Source: Candidatus Microgenomates bacterium (lineage in GTDB: Bacteria > Patescibacteriota > Microgenomatia > UBA1400 > UBA12108). From it: DNA of 64,000 nucleotides. The stretch lies in NCBI GenBank assembly GCA_003576945.1, contig QEVC01000002.1:5792-69791 (forward strand), read 5' to 3'. Shown one piece after another: positions 18,234 to 27,678 of the stretch (its first letter is position 1; the number at the start of each line of letters is the position of its first letter). A program made the translations under genes and the position numbers. The notes under the pieces were generated by a model that saw only the letters and a program-made list of their open reading frames with translations, was not told the DNA's origin and searched no databases.

Positions 18234-19559
18234 ATGACACTAAAAAATCAAGATAAAACAATATTCAACGCAATCGAAAAAGAAAAAAAGCGCCAGTTCG
18301 AAGGACTAGAACTGATCCCCAGTGAAAACTATGTTAGTGAGGCAGTACTCGAAGCCATGGGGAGTATCTTAACCAACAAATACTCCGAAGGGTTTGTAGC
18401 TCATCGCTACTACGGCGGCAACATTCATATCGACGAAATCGAGAATGAGGCCGTCCAGCGCGCCAAGGCTCTCTTTGGCGTCGCGCACGTCAATGTCCAA
18501 CCCTATTCTGGCAGTCCCGCCAACTTTGCAGTCTATCACGCTCTCCTAAACCCTGGCGACGCAGTGTCGGGGATGAACCTCTTCGACGGCGGCCACCTCA
18601 CCCATGGCTGGAAAGTCTCGGCTACTGCCAGGTATTTTGAGTCTCACCCCTACCACGTCCTCCCCGAGGGGATCGTCGACTATGATGAGCTAGAGCAGAT
18701 TGCTAAAGAGCACAAACCCAAACTTATCTGGTGTGGCGCCACCGCCTACCCAAGAGTTATCGAATGGGCCAAGTTTGCGAAAATTGCAGATTCTATCGGT
18801 GCCTACCTCGTGGCCGATATCTCCCATATCTCAGGTCTTGTGGCAGCCGGAGTGCACGAGAGTCCGGTCCCCTACGTCCACGTCATAACCACCACTACTC
18901 ACAAAACCCTGCGTGGTCCCCGCGGAGCGATGATCATGGTCACCAAAAAAGGACTAGAAAAAGATCCGGAGATTAGTAGCAAGATCGACAAAGCAATCTT
19001 CCCTGGCTTGCAGGGTGGCCCCCACAATCACACGACCGCCGCCATCGCCGTGGCGCTCCAAGAAGCCTCAACCCCAGAGTTTAAGGAGTACGCCAAACAG
19101 ATCGTCAAAAACACCAAAACACTAGAAGCAGAGTTTAAAAAATCTGGGATCAACATGGTCTCAGCTGGGAGCGATAACCACCTTTTACTACTAGACTTAA
19201 GCAGCAATGGCAGCCTCGGCTCCCAGCTCGAATATGCTATGGATGTCGCTCACATGACCGCTAACAAAAATACTATTCCTGGTGAGCCCAGTTCCCCCTA
19301 CTACCCCTCCGGTCTACGCCTCGGTACCCCAGCCCTTACTACCCGTGGTTTTCAAGAAAAAGACATGGTCAAAGTCGCAGACTGGATCACCCGCGTTATC
19401 AGACATATCGAAAAAGATGTACTACCCAAAGAACAGTCGGAACGCGCAGCCTTTATCAAAGCCTTCAAAGCCAAAGCCGCTCAGGACCCATTCTTAAAAG
19501 CTATTGGTCAGGAGATCAAAGCTTACACCAAGGATTTTCCCATTCCAGGAACAAAATAG
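18234..19559 (+). CDS. glyA: serine hydroxymethyltransferase
   Basis: 'LELIPSENYVSEAVLEAMGSILTNKYSEG'. Divergent from the thyA operon. Confidence 0.9.
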   Translation: MTLKNQDKTIFNAIEKEKKRQFEGLELIPSENYVSEAVLEAMGSILTNKYSEGFVAHRYYGGNIHIDEIENEAVQRAKALFGVAHVNVQPYSGSPANFAVYHALLNPGDAVSGMNLFDGGHLTHGWKVSATARYFESHPYHVLPEGIVDYDELEQIAKEHKPKLIWCGATAYPRVIEWAKFAKIADSIGAYLVADISHISGLVAAGVHESPVPYVHVITTTTHKTLRGPRGAMIMVTKKGLEKDPEISSKIDKAIFPGLQGGPHNHTTAAIAVALQEASTPEFKEYAKQIVKNTKTLEAEFKKSGINMVSAGSDNHLLLLDLSSNGSLGSQLEYAMDVAHMTANKNTIPGEPSSPYYPSGLRLGTPALTTRGFQEKDMVKVADWITRVIRHIEKDVLPKEQSERAAFIKAFKAKAAQDPFLKAIGQEIKAYTKDFPIPGTK

Positions 19560-19572
19560 GATTTCCTTACAT

Positions 19573-19611
19573 TTGACATATGCCTTACGTTTTGATAATG
19601 TAAGGCATATG
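19573..19611 (+). promoter_or_regulatory. promoter (TTGACA...GATAAT) overlapped by a perfect 12-bp inverted repeat operator (catatgccttac / gtaaggcatatg)
   Basis: TTGACA 19573-19578, GATAAT 19594-19599. IR arms at 19577-19588 and 19600-19611. The ATG at 19609 lies in the right arm, so the mRNA is probably leaderless. Confidence 0.55.
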
Positions 19612-19896
19612 CAGACATCTTACACAGCTACGGTTACCAGCAAAGGTCAACTTACAATACCTAGCGCCTTTAGACGTGCCTCAAAAATCAAGGCTGGACA
19701 TAAAGTTACGATCTCAGTCCACCCAACCAAAAAACATCACTACACCCTCGCCATTTCTGACAAAGTACCCAGGATTTCTCTTGATCAGGCTTTTGGGGCA
19801 CTACATAAACTAGGGATAAAATATGTACCCATAGAAATAGTTCGTGAGATCGCAGGCAAAAAACTAGGCAAAAAGTATGCTCCTATTAGACGCTAA
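19609..19896 (+). CDS. AbrB/MazE/SpoVT-family antitoxin (VapB-like)
   Basis: 'TVTSKGQLTIPSAFRRASKIKAGHKVTI' swapped-hairpin motif. Overlaps the PIN gene by 20 nt. Confidence 0.7.
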   Translation: MQTSYTATVTSKGQLTIPSAFRRASKIKAGHKVTISVHPTKKHHYTLAISDKVPRISLDQAFGALHKLGIKYVPIEIVREIAGKKLGKKYAPIRR

Positions 19897-20239
19897 CATT
19901 TACCTCCGCTATATCCTCAACGACAACACGTCTCAAGCCAAAAAGTCTCAGGATTTTATCAAAAATAATGAGTTTTACACCGACCCTACTATCATCGCCG
20001 AGGTGATATGGGTATTTACCTCGTATTACAGAGCAAAAAAGGAGTCATTTGTCCCTGCACTCCTCGCGATAGTTGAACAAAAAAACAACAAGTCATCTTC
20101 AAAAAAAATAATTATTCAAGCGCTCGAATACTACTATACTCACGACTTTTCATATATCGACAGTTACTTGTACTGTTTGGCAAATACAAAAAATTTATCT
20201 CGCGCCACTTTTGACAAAAAACTCTCAAAAACAATTTAG
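19877..20239 (+). CDS. PIN-domain toxin (VapC-like)
   Basis: 'LLDANIYLRYIL' with the N-terminal acidic residue. 120 aa, directly downstream of the antitoxin. Confidence 0.65.
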   Translation: MLLLDANIYLRYILNDNTSQAKKSQDFIKNNEFYTDPTIIAEVIWVFTSYYRAKKESFVPALLAIVEQKNNKSSSKKIIIQALEYYYTHDFSYIDSYLYCLANTKNLSRATFDKKLSKTI

Positions 20240-20250
20240 CACAGCTTCTT

Positions 20251-21351
20251 TTACCTCACCACCTCGCAAACCAGCATCTCCCCCGGCGCCACCTGTCCCG
20301 GTATTCGCTTAGCATCAGACAAAAATACCTGGAAACGATTGATATAAGGATAAAGTAAAAAGATACTCATCGCCGCCATTCTAATTCTCGCTTCGTATAA
20401 CTCCAAAAACATCTCCGTAAAAATCTCTCGGTAAGACTGTCCTGCGATATATTTCGCATGAAATGCCTTTGGTACCCATATCCTACCATTCCCTTTGGTA
20501 AAACTCGCAAACTTGTCTTGCAATTGCTCAATCTCAAAATCTAGGTGCCAGACGTAAGAGTTAGCTGCCATCACCCAGGCACTCCTTACAATCAGGGCGT
20601 TTAAGAGAATGTGCACGTCTTCCTCTAGGGCGTTATTCGCAATTCCCGATTCATAAGAGCGATCTCCAATCCGATCTCTCCCCACGTGCATCTTATCTGC
20701 CGCAACCAGTGCCCACTGTAAGGGTATTCCAGAACTCAGGTTGACTGAGAGATCAACGAGCATTGGCTCCTCATGAAAGAGTATTGTATAAAGCACACTC
20801 CGCCACTCCTTTTGGTGTATCTCTGTATTGCCAAAGAGACGGGATAGTAGCCACGCCGAATACATCGAGTGACTCTTACGGTCTACCAAGTTGCCAAGGT
20901 CATGCGTCATCCCAACTAGGGTTAGCAGGACTTCGCTCTGACTATCATATAAATCTTCGCCGTTTTTATAGCTCCTCCCTGCGCGCGATAGCAGCTCGAC
21001 CGCCGTTTGGGTCACCCAGAGAGTATGTCGATCCGTATGATCATTAAATCCATGTGGCAGTTCGCGGTCCAGTACTGGCCCTACATAATTCCAAACTTTC
21101 CCCAATCCAGAATATAAATAAGATAAAGCTTCGCCCTTCCCCGATAAATGTAAAAACTCGCCAAAATCAAATAATCGCTTTACCCTCGGCACTTTATGGT
21201 TAGTTAAAAAGGGAAAGTCTTCTTTTTTATAATCAATCCCTGCCGAGTTAAAGTACTCCCATAGTCCCTGCCCGTCCGCCCGACGCATTTCATCACTCCC
21301 CAAGAATGGCGAGTTAATGTCTATTGACCATTTTGGAGTTGCCTGCATCAT
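20251..21351 (-). CDS. HD-domain phosphohydrolase-like protein
   Basis: 'HTDRHTLWV...LVGMTHDLGN' H...HD pattern. Last gene of a four-gene minus-strand cluster. Confidence 0.5.
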   Translation of the reverse strand: MMQATPKWSIDINSPFLGSDEMRRADGQGLWEYFNSAGIDYKKEDFPFLTNHKVPRVKRLFDFGEFLHLSGKGEALSYLYSGLGKVWNYVGPVLDRELPHGFNDHTDRHTLWVTQTAVELLSRAGRSYKNGEDLYDSQSEVLLTLVGMTHDLGNLVDRKSHSMYSAWLLSRLFGNTEIHQKEWRSVLYTILFHEEPMLVDLSVNLSSGIPLQWALVAADKMHVGRDRIGDRSYESGIANNALEEDVHILLNALIVRSAWVMAANSYVWHLDFEIEQLQDKFASFTKGNGRIWVPKAFHAKYIAGQSYREIFTEMFLELYEARIRMAAMSIFLLYPYINRFQVFLSDAKRIPGQVAPGEMLVCEVVR

Positions 21352-21401
21352 ACCCTATACATTTTACACATTAGTCCTATACACATTAACTATCCCCAAG
21401 C

Positions 21402-22439
21402 TTAGATTTGTAACATGGTGGCATTTTTTGGCTGCCGTGTAATATCAAAACCATTTGTCGTCCCAGGAGATGGATGTGTATTAGCAAAAAGCAGTAGAGC
21501 TCCAAAAAGCTTATAACTCCCACCTTCTGCTATCAATTTTATTGCCTTTAACTCATCTACTTCTCCGACTTCTGGTAGCTGTAACGAGATATCTATATTG
21601 TGATGTCGACAGAAAAATACAAGGTCTTCCATCCTACCTAGACCAGCTCTGCCATCGAAGACTTCGTAAGCTTCTTTCTCACTCATTCCAATCTCTTTAC
21701 TCCTTGCAACATGTTCGTCAAAAAACATTTTTCGCAGAACTTTGTCACTAAGCGGGTGAACATCCATAGTTAAACCCGCTGTCTCTCGGCCTGTAAATAC
21801 TTTGATAGTTGGTGGAACATATAAATCATTTTGTTTATGTACTGATGTTCGAACCGAAAAACGAGCACGAGTCAAACCGATTGTTGCGTCGACTGCTCTC
21901 GTAGCCTTTCTTCCCGCTGATCCATATTCCTTATCGCAATACGAATCTATTTCGTTTCTCATCTCGCTTGCAGTCATTTCTTTTGTTGGTTTTGAAAAAT
22001 GAAAATTGAGCACTCTTCTCCAGCTACCAACGCTCTCACCTATTTCATTCAGCCATATTTCTCTTGCCGCAACGTCTGTTGCTATAGTCCCAAATTCACC
22101 GCCATTTTCAACAATACTCAAAAACAGATCAGGAACTATACTATGTCTCTCTTCATCTATAGCCATCTCCCACATTTTCATAACTTGGTCGGAAGCCTTT
22201 TTTGTAATCAAGTCTGGAGTGCCGATCATCGCATCTTCTTCGACTACACTGATCGGTAAGTGTAGAACTCTATCCATGTATCCACCACTAAACGCAATTG
22301 TAAAATCAGCAAAATGTTTATTAATCAGAATAGACAAGTTATTAAGAAGAACTTCAAACTTCCATCTCGTACTCGTAATAATACAAGGATTCTTAAAAAA
22401 CACTTCGGTGGCTGTCAGTCCTGATTCAGCTAGAGTCAT
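21402..22439 (-). CDS. hypothetical protein
   Basis: Start trimmed to 'MTLAESG'; the longer track ORF would run through a hairpin/U-tract. No domain recognised. Confidence 0.4.
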   Translation of the reverse strand: MTLAESGLTATEVFFKNPCIITSTRWKFEVLLNNLSILINKHFADFTIAFSGGYMDRVLHLPISVVEEDAMIGTPDLITKKASDQVMKMWEMAIDEERHSIVPDLFLSIVENGGEFGTIATDVAAREIWLNEIGESVGSWRRVLNFHFSKPTKEMTASEMRNEIDSYCDKEYGSAGRKATRAVDATIGLTRARFSVRTSVHKQNDLYVPPTIKVFTGRETAGLTMDVHPLSDKVLRKMFFDEHVARSKEIGMSEKEAYEVFDGRAGLGRMEDLVFFCRHHNIDISLQLPEVGEVDELKAIKLIAEGGSYKLFGALLLFANTHPSPGTTNGFDITRQPKNATMLQI

Positions 22440-22448
22440 AGACAAAAA

Positions 22449-22466
22449 ATCCCGCTTACGCGGGAT
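22449..22466 (-). terminator. GNRA-loop hairpin (AUCCCGC-GUAA-GCGGGAU) + U6, ending 9 nt before the start codon of 21402-22439
   Basis: Read on the minus strand. Paralogous to the hairpin at 23471-23486. Confidence 0.5.
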
Positions 22467-22668
22467 AACCTCTCCATTGTGTAATGGCAAGAATACTACA
22501 AAGATAGTATTGACTAGGCTTTAATACCAAAAAAGCCCCCTTCTGATGTTTGGTTTCCATCCCATCCTATCGGGATTGCTGTTACTTGAATCAAAAGCGA
22601 GACTTGTCTCACTTCGAATTTAATCTAATTTACACAACTGTTACGCACGATCAATATATCAAAATATA

Positions 22669-23463
22669 TCATTTAACAAGTTCTCGATGTTTCTTAACCA
22701 CCCCTATTGCTCCAGCTACTAATCCAGGTGCAACTCCTCTTAGATAAGGATAGGCCATGATACTCGCTTCCCTCCCACTCTCTCTATCATCTACTTTTAT
22801 GGTTCTTCTTCCGTCACTCACTATCAACTCTTCTCTTCTTGTCCCACTAATTTCCTTACCTATTTCTCCCCAGATTCTAAACAATTGATCAAATCTCAAT
22901 CCTAAGTTTGAATCTGGAATCACGAGGCCAGTTTCAATCCACCCCTTATCTTGAGCCGCAGTTATTGCATCACCACTAGAAAGCCAACGAACAAAACTAT
23001 GAGGGACATTAATCGATAGGTTACGCCATCCGACCCATGTTGGATAGTCATATTCAATTAGTTCTGTAGTCAGTATATTGCTTACTACCAGGTCAAGTGC
23101 TCCTCCAACATTTTGAAAAAAAGACGTTAAATGGTTCCATGGATCACCCTTTGGCTTATTAAGCTGAACGCCTAAGGCCCTTATAGTTACGTCGAGACTC
23201 GTCCATGCCCAGGTATGAGTATCTGCCAATTTATCAAACGCTCCTGATTCGAGCAAGGGTATTTTCTGTGCTTCCTTTTTCCCTAGTCCCAATGATCTAT
23301 TATCTGTTCCAATCGGCTCAACTACATCAGGAACTTTGAGCCAGCCCCGTTTATGTTCAAAGAGCTCAGGTGCTTGAAAATATTTTGCTGCCTTATGCGC
23401 CATCTTTGTAGCTAGGGCTATCGCGAGAGGACGCTTTGACGATAATATTTGCTCTTTACCCAT
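22669..23463 (-). CDS. hypothetical protein
   Basis: Start taken at 'MGKEQILSS', immediately after the hairpin/U7. No domain recognised. Confidence 0.4.
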   Translation of the reverse strand: MGKEQILSSKRPLAIALATKMAHKAAKYFQAPELFEHKRGWLKVPDVVEPIGTDNRSLGLGKKEAQKIPLLESGAFDKLADTHTWAWTSLDVTIRALGVQLNKPKGDPWNHLTSFFQNVGGALDLVVSNILTTELIEYDYPTWVGWRNLSINVPHSFVRWLSSGDAITAAQDKGWIETGLVIPDSNLGLRFDQLFRIWGEIGKEISGTRREELIVSDGRRTIKVDDRESGREASIMAYPYLRGVAPGLVAGAIGVVKKHRELVK

Positions 23464-23470
23464 AAAAAAA

Positions 23471-23486
23471 TCCCGCTCTCGCGGGA
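23471..23486 (-). terminator. GNRA-loop hairpin (UCCCGC-GAGA-GCGGGA) + U7 directly abutting the AUG of 22669-23463
   Basis: Minus-strand read GGGUCCCGCGAGAGCGGGAUUUUUUUAUG. Intrinsic-terminator architecture with no leader. Confidence 0.5.
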
Positions 23487-23595
23487 CCCTCAATAATAAA
23501 GGAATACCTCATTTTAAGAGGATTTTGTACAAAAAAACCGATGTGCTCCTTTTTGCTCATCGGGAGTTAAGTATACACAATTGGTACACACTAAG

Positions 23596-24357
23596 TCAAC
23601 GGGGATAAGCATAATATTGCGATGCTTCCCTGGCATAAACCACCACATCTCTATATCTCTTCTGGGCTCCGCATTGTGCTTCAGGAACTTTTGGCATCTT
23701 ACTCTCGGCCTTTTGGATAGACTCATAAATCGGTGGTGTTATTTTTCTATCATTTAGTTTGCCACGCAAAGATTTTAATTTCATTTTGCGCTCTTTTTCA
23801 AAAACCCGTGCCATAACATCAATACTTGTATTTGGTGCAGCTCTCAATACTCTGTCTGGCCAATTCAAAACATTCTTATCTTTCACAGCCGATGCATTAG
23901 CTTTGGGATCAAATTCAGGATAAATTTTGGCTATACCATCAATAATACCCATAAAGCCAGAAATTAAGTTGCCCTCAGAAACGCCCAACTTATTACTCTT
24001 ATCTAAGTACCCAAGACCAACCCTCATCCCCAAAAACCATATCACATCACCACCTTCGCTTGAAGCACTAATAGGATTTAACTTAAGCACTTCACCATTT
24101 AAGATCGGAACCTCTTCACTCAACTCTTGCATTTCATCAATTGCGGAGTTAATTAGTGTAGCCGAGTTTCCTGCAAAATCACGCGCAAACATAACGTCGC
24201 GAGTTTTGAGCATTTCGATCTGGATACCCAGATAATGTGTCAAAATAGGATGTTCACCAAGCATTCCAGGCCTATCTTCAACTATTCTCTTAAGACTTTC
24301 ATACTTTCGTTTTAATTTTGGATGAATAGCGTCAAATGGCAACATACATCTATCCAC
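23596..24357 (-). CDS. hypothetical protein
   Basis: 253 aa; first gene of the cluster. No domain recognised. Confidence 0.4.
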   Translation of the reverse strand: MDRCMLPFDAIHPKLKRKYESLKRIVEDRPGMLGEHPILTHYLGIQIEMLKTRDVMFARDFAGNSATLINSAIDEMQELSEEVPILNGEVLKLNPISASSEGGDVIWFLGMRVGLGYLDKSNKLGVSEGNLISGFMGIIDGIAKIYPEFDPKANASAVKDKNVLNWPDRVLRAAPNTSIDVMARVFEKERKMKLKSLRGKLNDRKITPPIYESIQKAESKMPKVPEAQCGAQKRYRDVVVYAREASQYYAYPR

Positions 24358-24465
24358 TATATATAGGGTGAGGCATTATGGACAACCACTAAAAATACAT
24401 CACACTAGAACAATTATTATTTCAATGGGTTTCCAATAACGTTGGATAACAGTAAAAAGTGATTA

Positions 24466-27400
24466 TCAATCTCTCTTCATCATTGCTAATACTAGCGTGG
24501 TTCCAAGCAAAACAAAACCTAAATACTGCAATAATTGCGGCCAGTAAAAAATAATCACAATTCCGTTCCCCTCATTATTCATAATTCCTGATTCATTATT
24601 CACAACAAACCCATTTGCCCACCCATCCACTTTCAGATGTCTTAAACTTGCTACATGATACTTGATACTTGATACATTCAACCCCACCCATCCTTCATCA
24701 TACCCTTGACTCAGCCTGATAAGCCCATCACCTCGCACTCCCAACCCATACAACCAAGTCCCCGTCTTTTTTACATGTGTGATCCTAAGGTCTGATCTTG
24801 TAGGTTGCAAATCATTATCATAACCTACGAGGTCAGACCTTATAGGTACCAGCTTTGCCCTCACGATCTTCTCAATGGGTGCGTATCTAACCTCTACTTT
24901 ATCTACCCTATTCTCCGCATACTGCCCAAAACTGCGCGTCTCGATATTGAGGCTGTAGTGTCCATCCCAATCCCAAGGTAGTAGCGAGAATGTCTGATCA
25001 AACTTGCCCCTGTCCATCAGATATTCGATATCATTCCGTTCACTACCTGTATTGTAAAGAAAGAATTTGAGACTCCTACCAGCTTTATTTTCTCCCATTA
25101 CTCTCATTAGATGTGGTACACGGGTAAACGGCCCGCCCATGACTACGTAGTCACATACTGCACCTCTCCCGTCTGCCATATAGGTCGATCTTTCTTTCTC
25201 AGCGCTACCCCGCTTCAATACGTCACAATTTCCGATACTCCCCTGCCCTTGCCGGCCAAAGTCATAGATAAAGGCTTCTCCCATTATTTCTATACTTAAT
25301 TCATCATTCAAAATACTAAATACCTGTTCTCTCCTATATTCCTCCCATTCCTCTCCCTCACTCACTCTAGCGTAGAAATAGCTCTCCCCCTCTTTAGGCT
25401 TTTCCTCTCCCAAAAATCTCGGACCCTTTTCTCCGTTTATATAATATGCTGGCAACGCTTCATTATTAACAAAATCTACTCGAACGATCTCTCCCACCCC
25501 CCACCCCGGTATCACCAGCTCCCGTGATCCAAGGTCTGATCTTGTAGCGTTTACTCCTACGAGGTCAGACCTTAAAGTTATTCCTTTGTCTCCATACTCT
25601 ATATTTTTTATTTCCTCCCGCATCAGCTGCGCAAACGGATAAACTACTGTCCCCTGCGATTCAAGATCTGATCTTGTAGGTTGCAAGTCTTTCTCAAAAC
25701 CTACGAGGTCAGACCTTCCAGGTTGTTCCACATATGTTCCCATCTCCGCATAAATCACATCCTTTCTCGTTTTCAAAGTATCTCCCTCCACCCACATATA
25801 GCTCTCCGGCACCGTGATCCCAAGGTCTGATCTTGTAGGGTTTACTCCTACGAGGTCAGACCTTACAGGAATTTTCCAAACACTCAAAAAGTTCTCATTA
25901 AACACTCTCTCCCACCCTAGCTCTTGTGCCAGCTCTTTTGTCTCCTCTATTCGCAAAATATCTTTGTCCTGCCCCGGCGCAATCACGCTCTCATCTAGTA
26001 GCACATATCGCACGTCATACTTCTGCAAAACTTTTTGTACTTGCCCACTGCACCCTGCACCCTGCGCTCCAAGGTCTGATCTTGTAGGGTTTACTCCTAC
26101 GAGGTCAGGCCTTACAGGACAAGCATAAATTGCAGTCGCAAACTCGTTATAAAACCCCTCGTTATACGGACTCCACGCATAAAATGCCTTGTCTAGAATT
26201 GGCATATTTATCCCTTGCCATACAAACCCACTCCCCCTGTATCCCCACTCATTCAGCTCCCATCCCCAAAAATCCTGTTGCGGTAGTTGTAGCACTCTCC
26301 CCGATTCCACACTATCCATAAATCGAAACAACTCTTGATATTCACTCGGTAACTCTACCCGCAATTTATCGTAAAGCAACTCGCCACGAAAAACTGGAAA
26401 GCTCCACATAATCACCACTCCCACCAATCCAGCAGTGATTCCAAATCTAACCACCCCCCACTTCATCCATCCTAAAACCATCGTCAGTCCATATCCCATC
26501 ATCACAGCGAGACTCATCGCATAAACTAGTGAAAATTTCGTAAAAGCAAATCGGAATATCGCGTCATAATACGGCACATACTCCCTTAGTGTCCACCCCA
26601 CACTCGATACTATGGGGATTCTCAGTCCCAGGTTACACAAAGCGAACAACCACACTACTCCTATCGCCGCCACCCTCCACTCTCTCTTCCACATCGCCAT
26701 GACCCATCCCAACAAACCAGTTCCCACCACTCCCCATCCTATATAAAAAATCCACGCCTGCCCCCACCACTCTATCCACTGTGGCATCTGCAACCCAAAC
26801 TTTCCATCTCCTACATAATCTTCAAACGCTAGTGAGAATCCCTCCATCGCCACCACACTCCGAATGTCACCATATTCGGCGTTGCGCAGCACCACCTCAC
26901 TATTAGATAGTTGGCTCGATTTCGAGGCATTTATCCCTGCCGCACTCGTCATCGCCGAATAAATGTATGGCAGTCCCCAAAAAGCATTCACGGCAAATAG
27001 CACTACTACCACATTTCGCACTCGCTTCCACCCCACCCTCCAGTGTTTCATCCAATAGCTAACAATCAAAGTAAAAATGGTGAGACCGTACACAATAAAA
27101 ATGGTGGGCACGTGTGCTTGTGGGATCGCCAAAAAGTTAATGATCAGGAGTCGCCACAACTTCTTTCGCTCTGGTGCGTCAAAATAAGTCAGTAGTGCCC
27201 ATACTCCCCACGGCAGTGCCGCAAAGTGCATGACAAATAGCTCTAGCGGCTGATAAAACATCTGCACTGTATAGGGGTTCAGCATATAAAACAGTGCCGT
27301 AACTATTGCCACTCCCTGCCTCACTCTCTCCTGCTTACGCAGGATATACATGCTGAGAACATACATCCCCACGCCACCCATTAGGTGCATGAGTAGCACA

Positions 27401-27678
27401 TAAGCGTAACGAACATAGTTAGTAGGTAGTACGAGCGACAACAGCCACGCATACCCCACATGCACCAGGTTCGCCGCGTGCGCCATGGCATCCGTCATCC
27501 CTAGCCCCCGGTATTCTTGCCACACCGATGATAAATCACGCCACAAATGTGTCGAAAATGCCAGTTCTGGCTGTGTACTATCCCAGCCGATTAGCCACGT
27601 CCCAGTGCGGACATTCGCCCACACTATTCCCACTTCAACGAGAACTAATAAAAATACTCCCCACCACCGCTTGAGCAT
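24466..27678 (-). CDS. large polytopic membrane glycosyltransferase-like protein (GT-C/YfhO/ArnT-like N-terminus, soluble C-terminus) carrying five in-frame palindromic repeat units
   Basis: 1070 aa. About 14 predicted TM helices in the N-terminal ~430 aa. C-terminal part contains five copies of 'RSDLVG(xx)..PTRSDL'. Adjacent GT2 gene. Confidence 0.6.
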   Translation of the reverse strand: MLKRWWGVFLLVLVEVGIVWANVRTGTWLIGWDSTQPELAFSTHLWRDLSSVWQEYRGLGMTDAMAHAANLVHVGYAWLLSLVLPTNYVRYAYVLLMHLMGGVGMYVLSMYILRKQERVRQGVAIVTALFYMLNPYTVQMFYQPLELFVMHFAALPWGVWALLTYFDAPERKKLWRLLIINFLAIPQAHVPTIFIVYGLTIFTLIVSYWMKHWRVGWKRVRNVVVVLFAVNAFWGLPYIYSAMTSAAGINASKSSQLSNSEVVLRNAEYGDIRSVVAMEGFSLAFEDYVGDGKFGLQMPQWIEWWGQAWIFYIGWGVVGTGLLGWVMAMWKREWRVAAIGVVWLFALCNLGLRIPIVSSVGWTLREYVPYYDAIFRFAFTKFSLVYAMSLAVMMGYGLTMVLGWMKWGVVRFGITAGLVGVVIMWSFPVFRGELLYDKLRVELPSEYQELFRFMDSVESGRVLQLPQQDFWGWELNEWGYRGSGFVWQGINMPILDKAFYAWSPYNEGFYNEFATAIYACPVRPDLVGVNPTRSDLGAQGAGCSGQVQKVLQKYDVRYVLLDESVIAPGQDKDILRIEETKELAQELGWERVFNENFLSVWKIPVRSDLVGVNPTRSDLGITVPESYMWVEGDTLKTRKDVIYAEMGTYVEQPGRSDLVGFEKDLQPTRSDLESQGTVVYPFAQLMREEIKNIEYGDKGITLRSDLVGVNATRSDLGSRELVIPGWGVGEIVRVDFVNNEALPAYYINGEKGPRFLGEEKPKEGESYFYARVSEGEEWEEYRREQVFSILNDELSIEIMGEAFIYDFGRQGQGSIGNCDVLKRGSAEKERSTYMADGRGAVCDYVVMGGPFTRVPHLMRVMGENKAGRSLKFFLYNTGSERNDIEYLMDRGKFDQTFSLLPWDWDGHYSLNIETRSFGQYAENRVDKVEVRYAPIEKIVRAKLVPIRSDLVGYDNDLQPTRSDLRITHVKKTGTWLYGLGVRGDGLIRLSQGYDEGWVGLNVSSIKYHVASLRHLKVDGWANGFVVNNESGIMNNEGNGIVIIFYWPQLLQYLGFVLLGTTLVLAMMKRD
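24787..26113. repeat. five palindromic hairpin units (arms aggtctgatcttgtagg / cctacgaggtcagacct; spacers 7 or 19 nt) inside the 24466-27678 ORF
   Basis: Units at 24787-24842, 25531-25573, 25653-25708, 25822-25865, 26071-26113. Arms form a 17-bp stem with G-U pairs as RNA. All unit lengths keep the frame. Confidence 0.85.

Noticed and set aside
14159-19559. ORF-track N-terminal extensions of tsf, folD, folA, thyA, glyA, recR, tmk, mreB and hicB
   Set aside because: Homology begins at internal Met residues. The extended starts would overlap upstream genes or add non-conserved leaders, so trimmed starts were used.
24787-26113. Regularly recurring ~40-55-bp repeats that might be a CRISPR array
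   Set aside because: Units are internally palindromic, their spacing is irregular (about 690, 80, 115, 205 bp), and they lie in frame inside a long ORF with no cas genes nearby. They are in-frame palindromic insertions, not CRISPR.
25814-26128. Plus-strand ORF 'MIPRSDLVGFTPTRSDL...' antisense to the large membrane protein gene
   Set aside because: It arises because the palindromic repeats encode the same peptide on both strands; it is not an independent gene.
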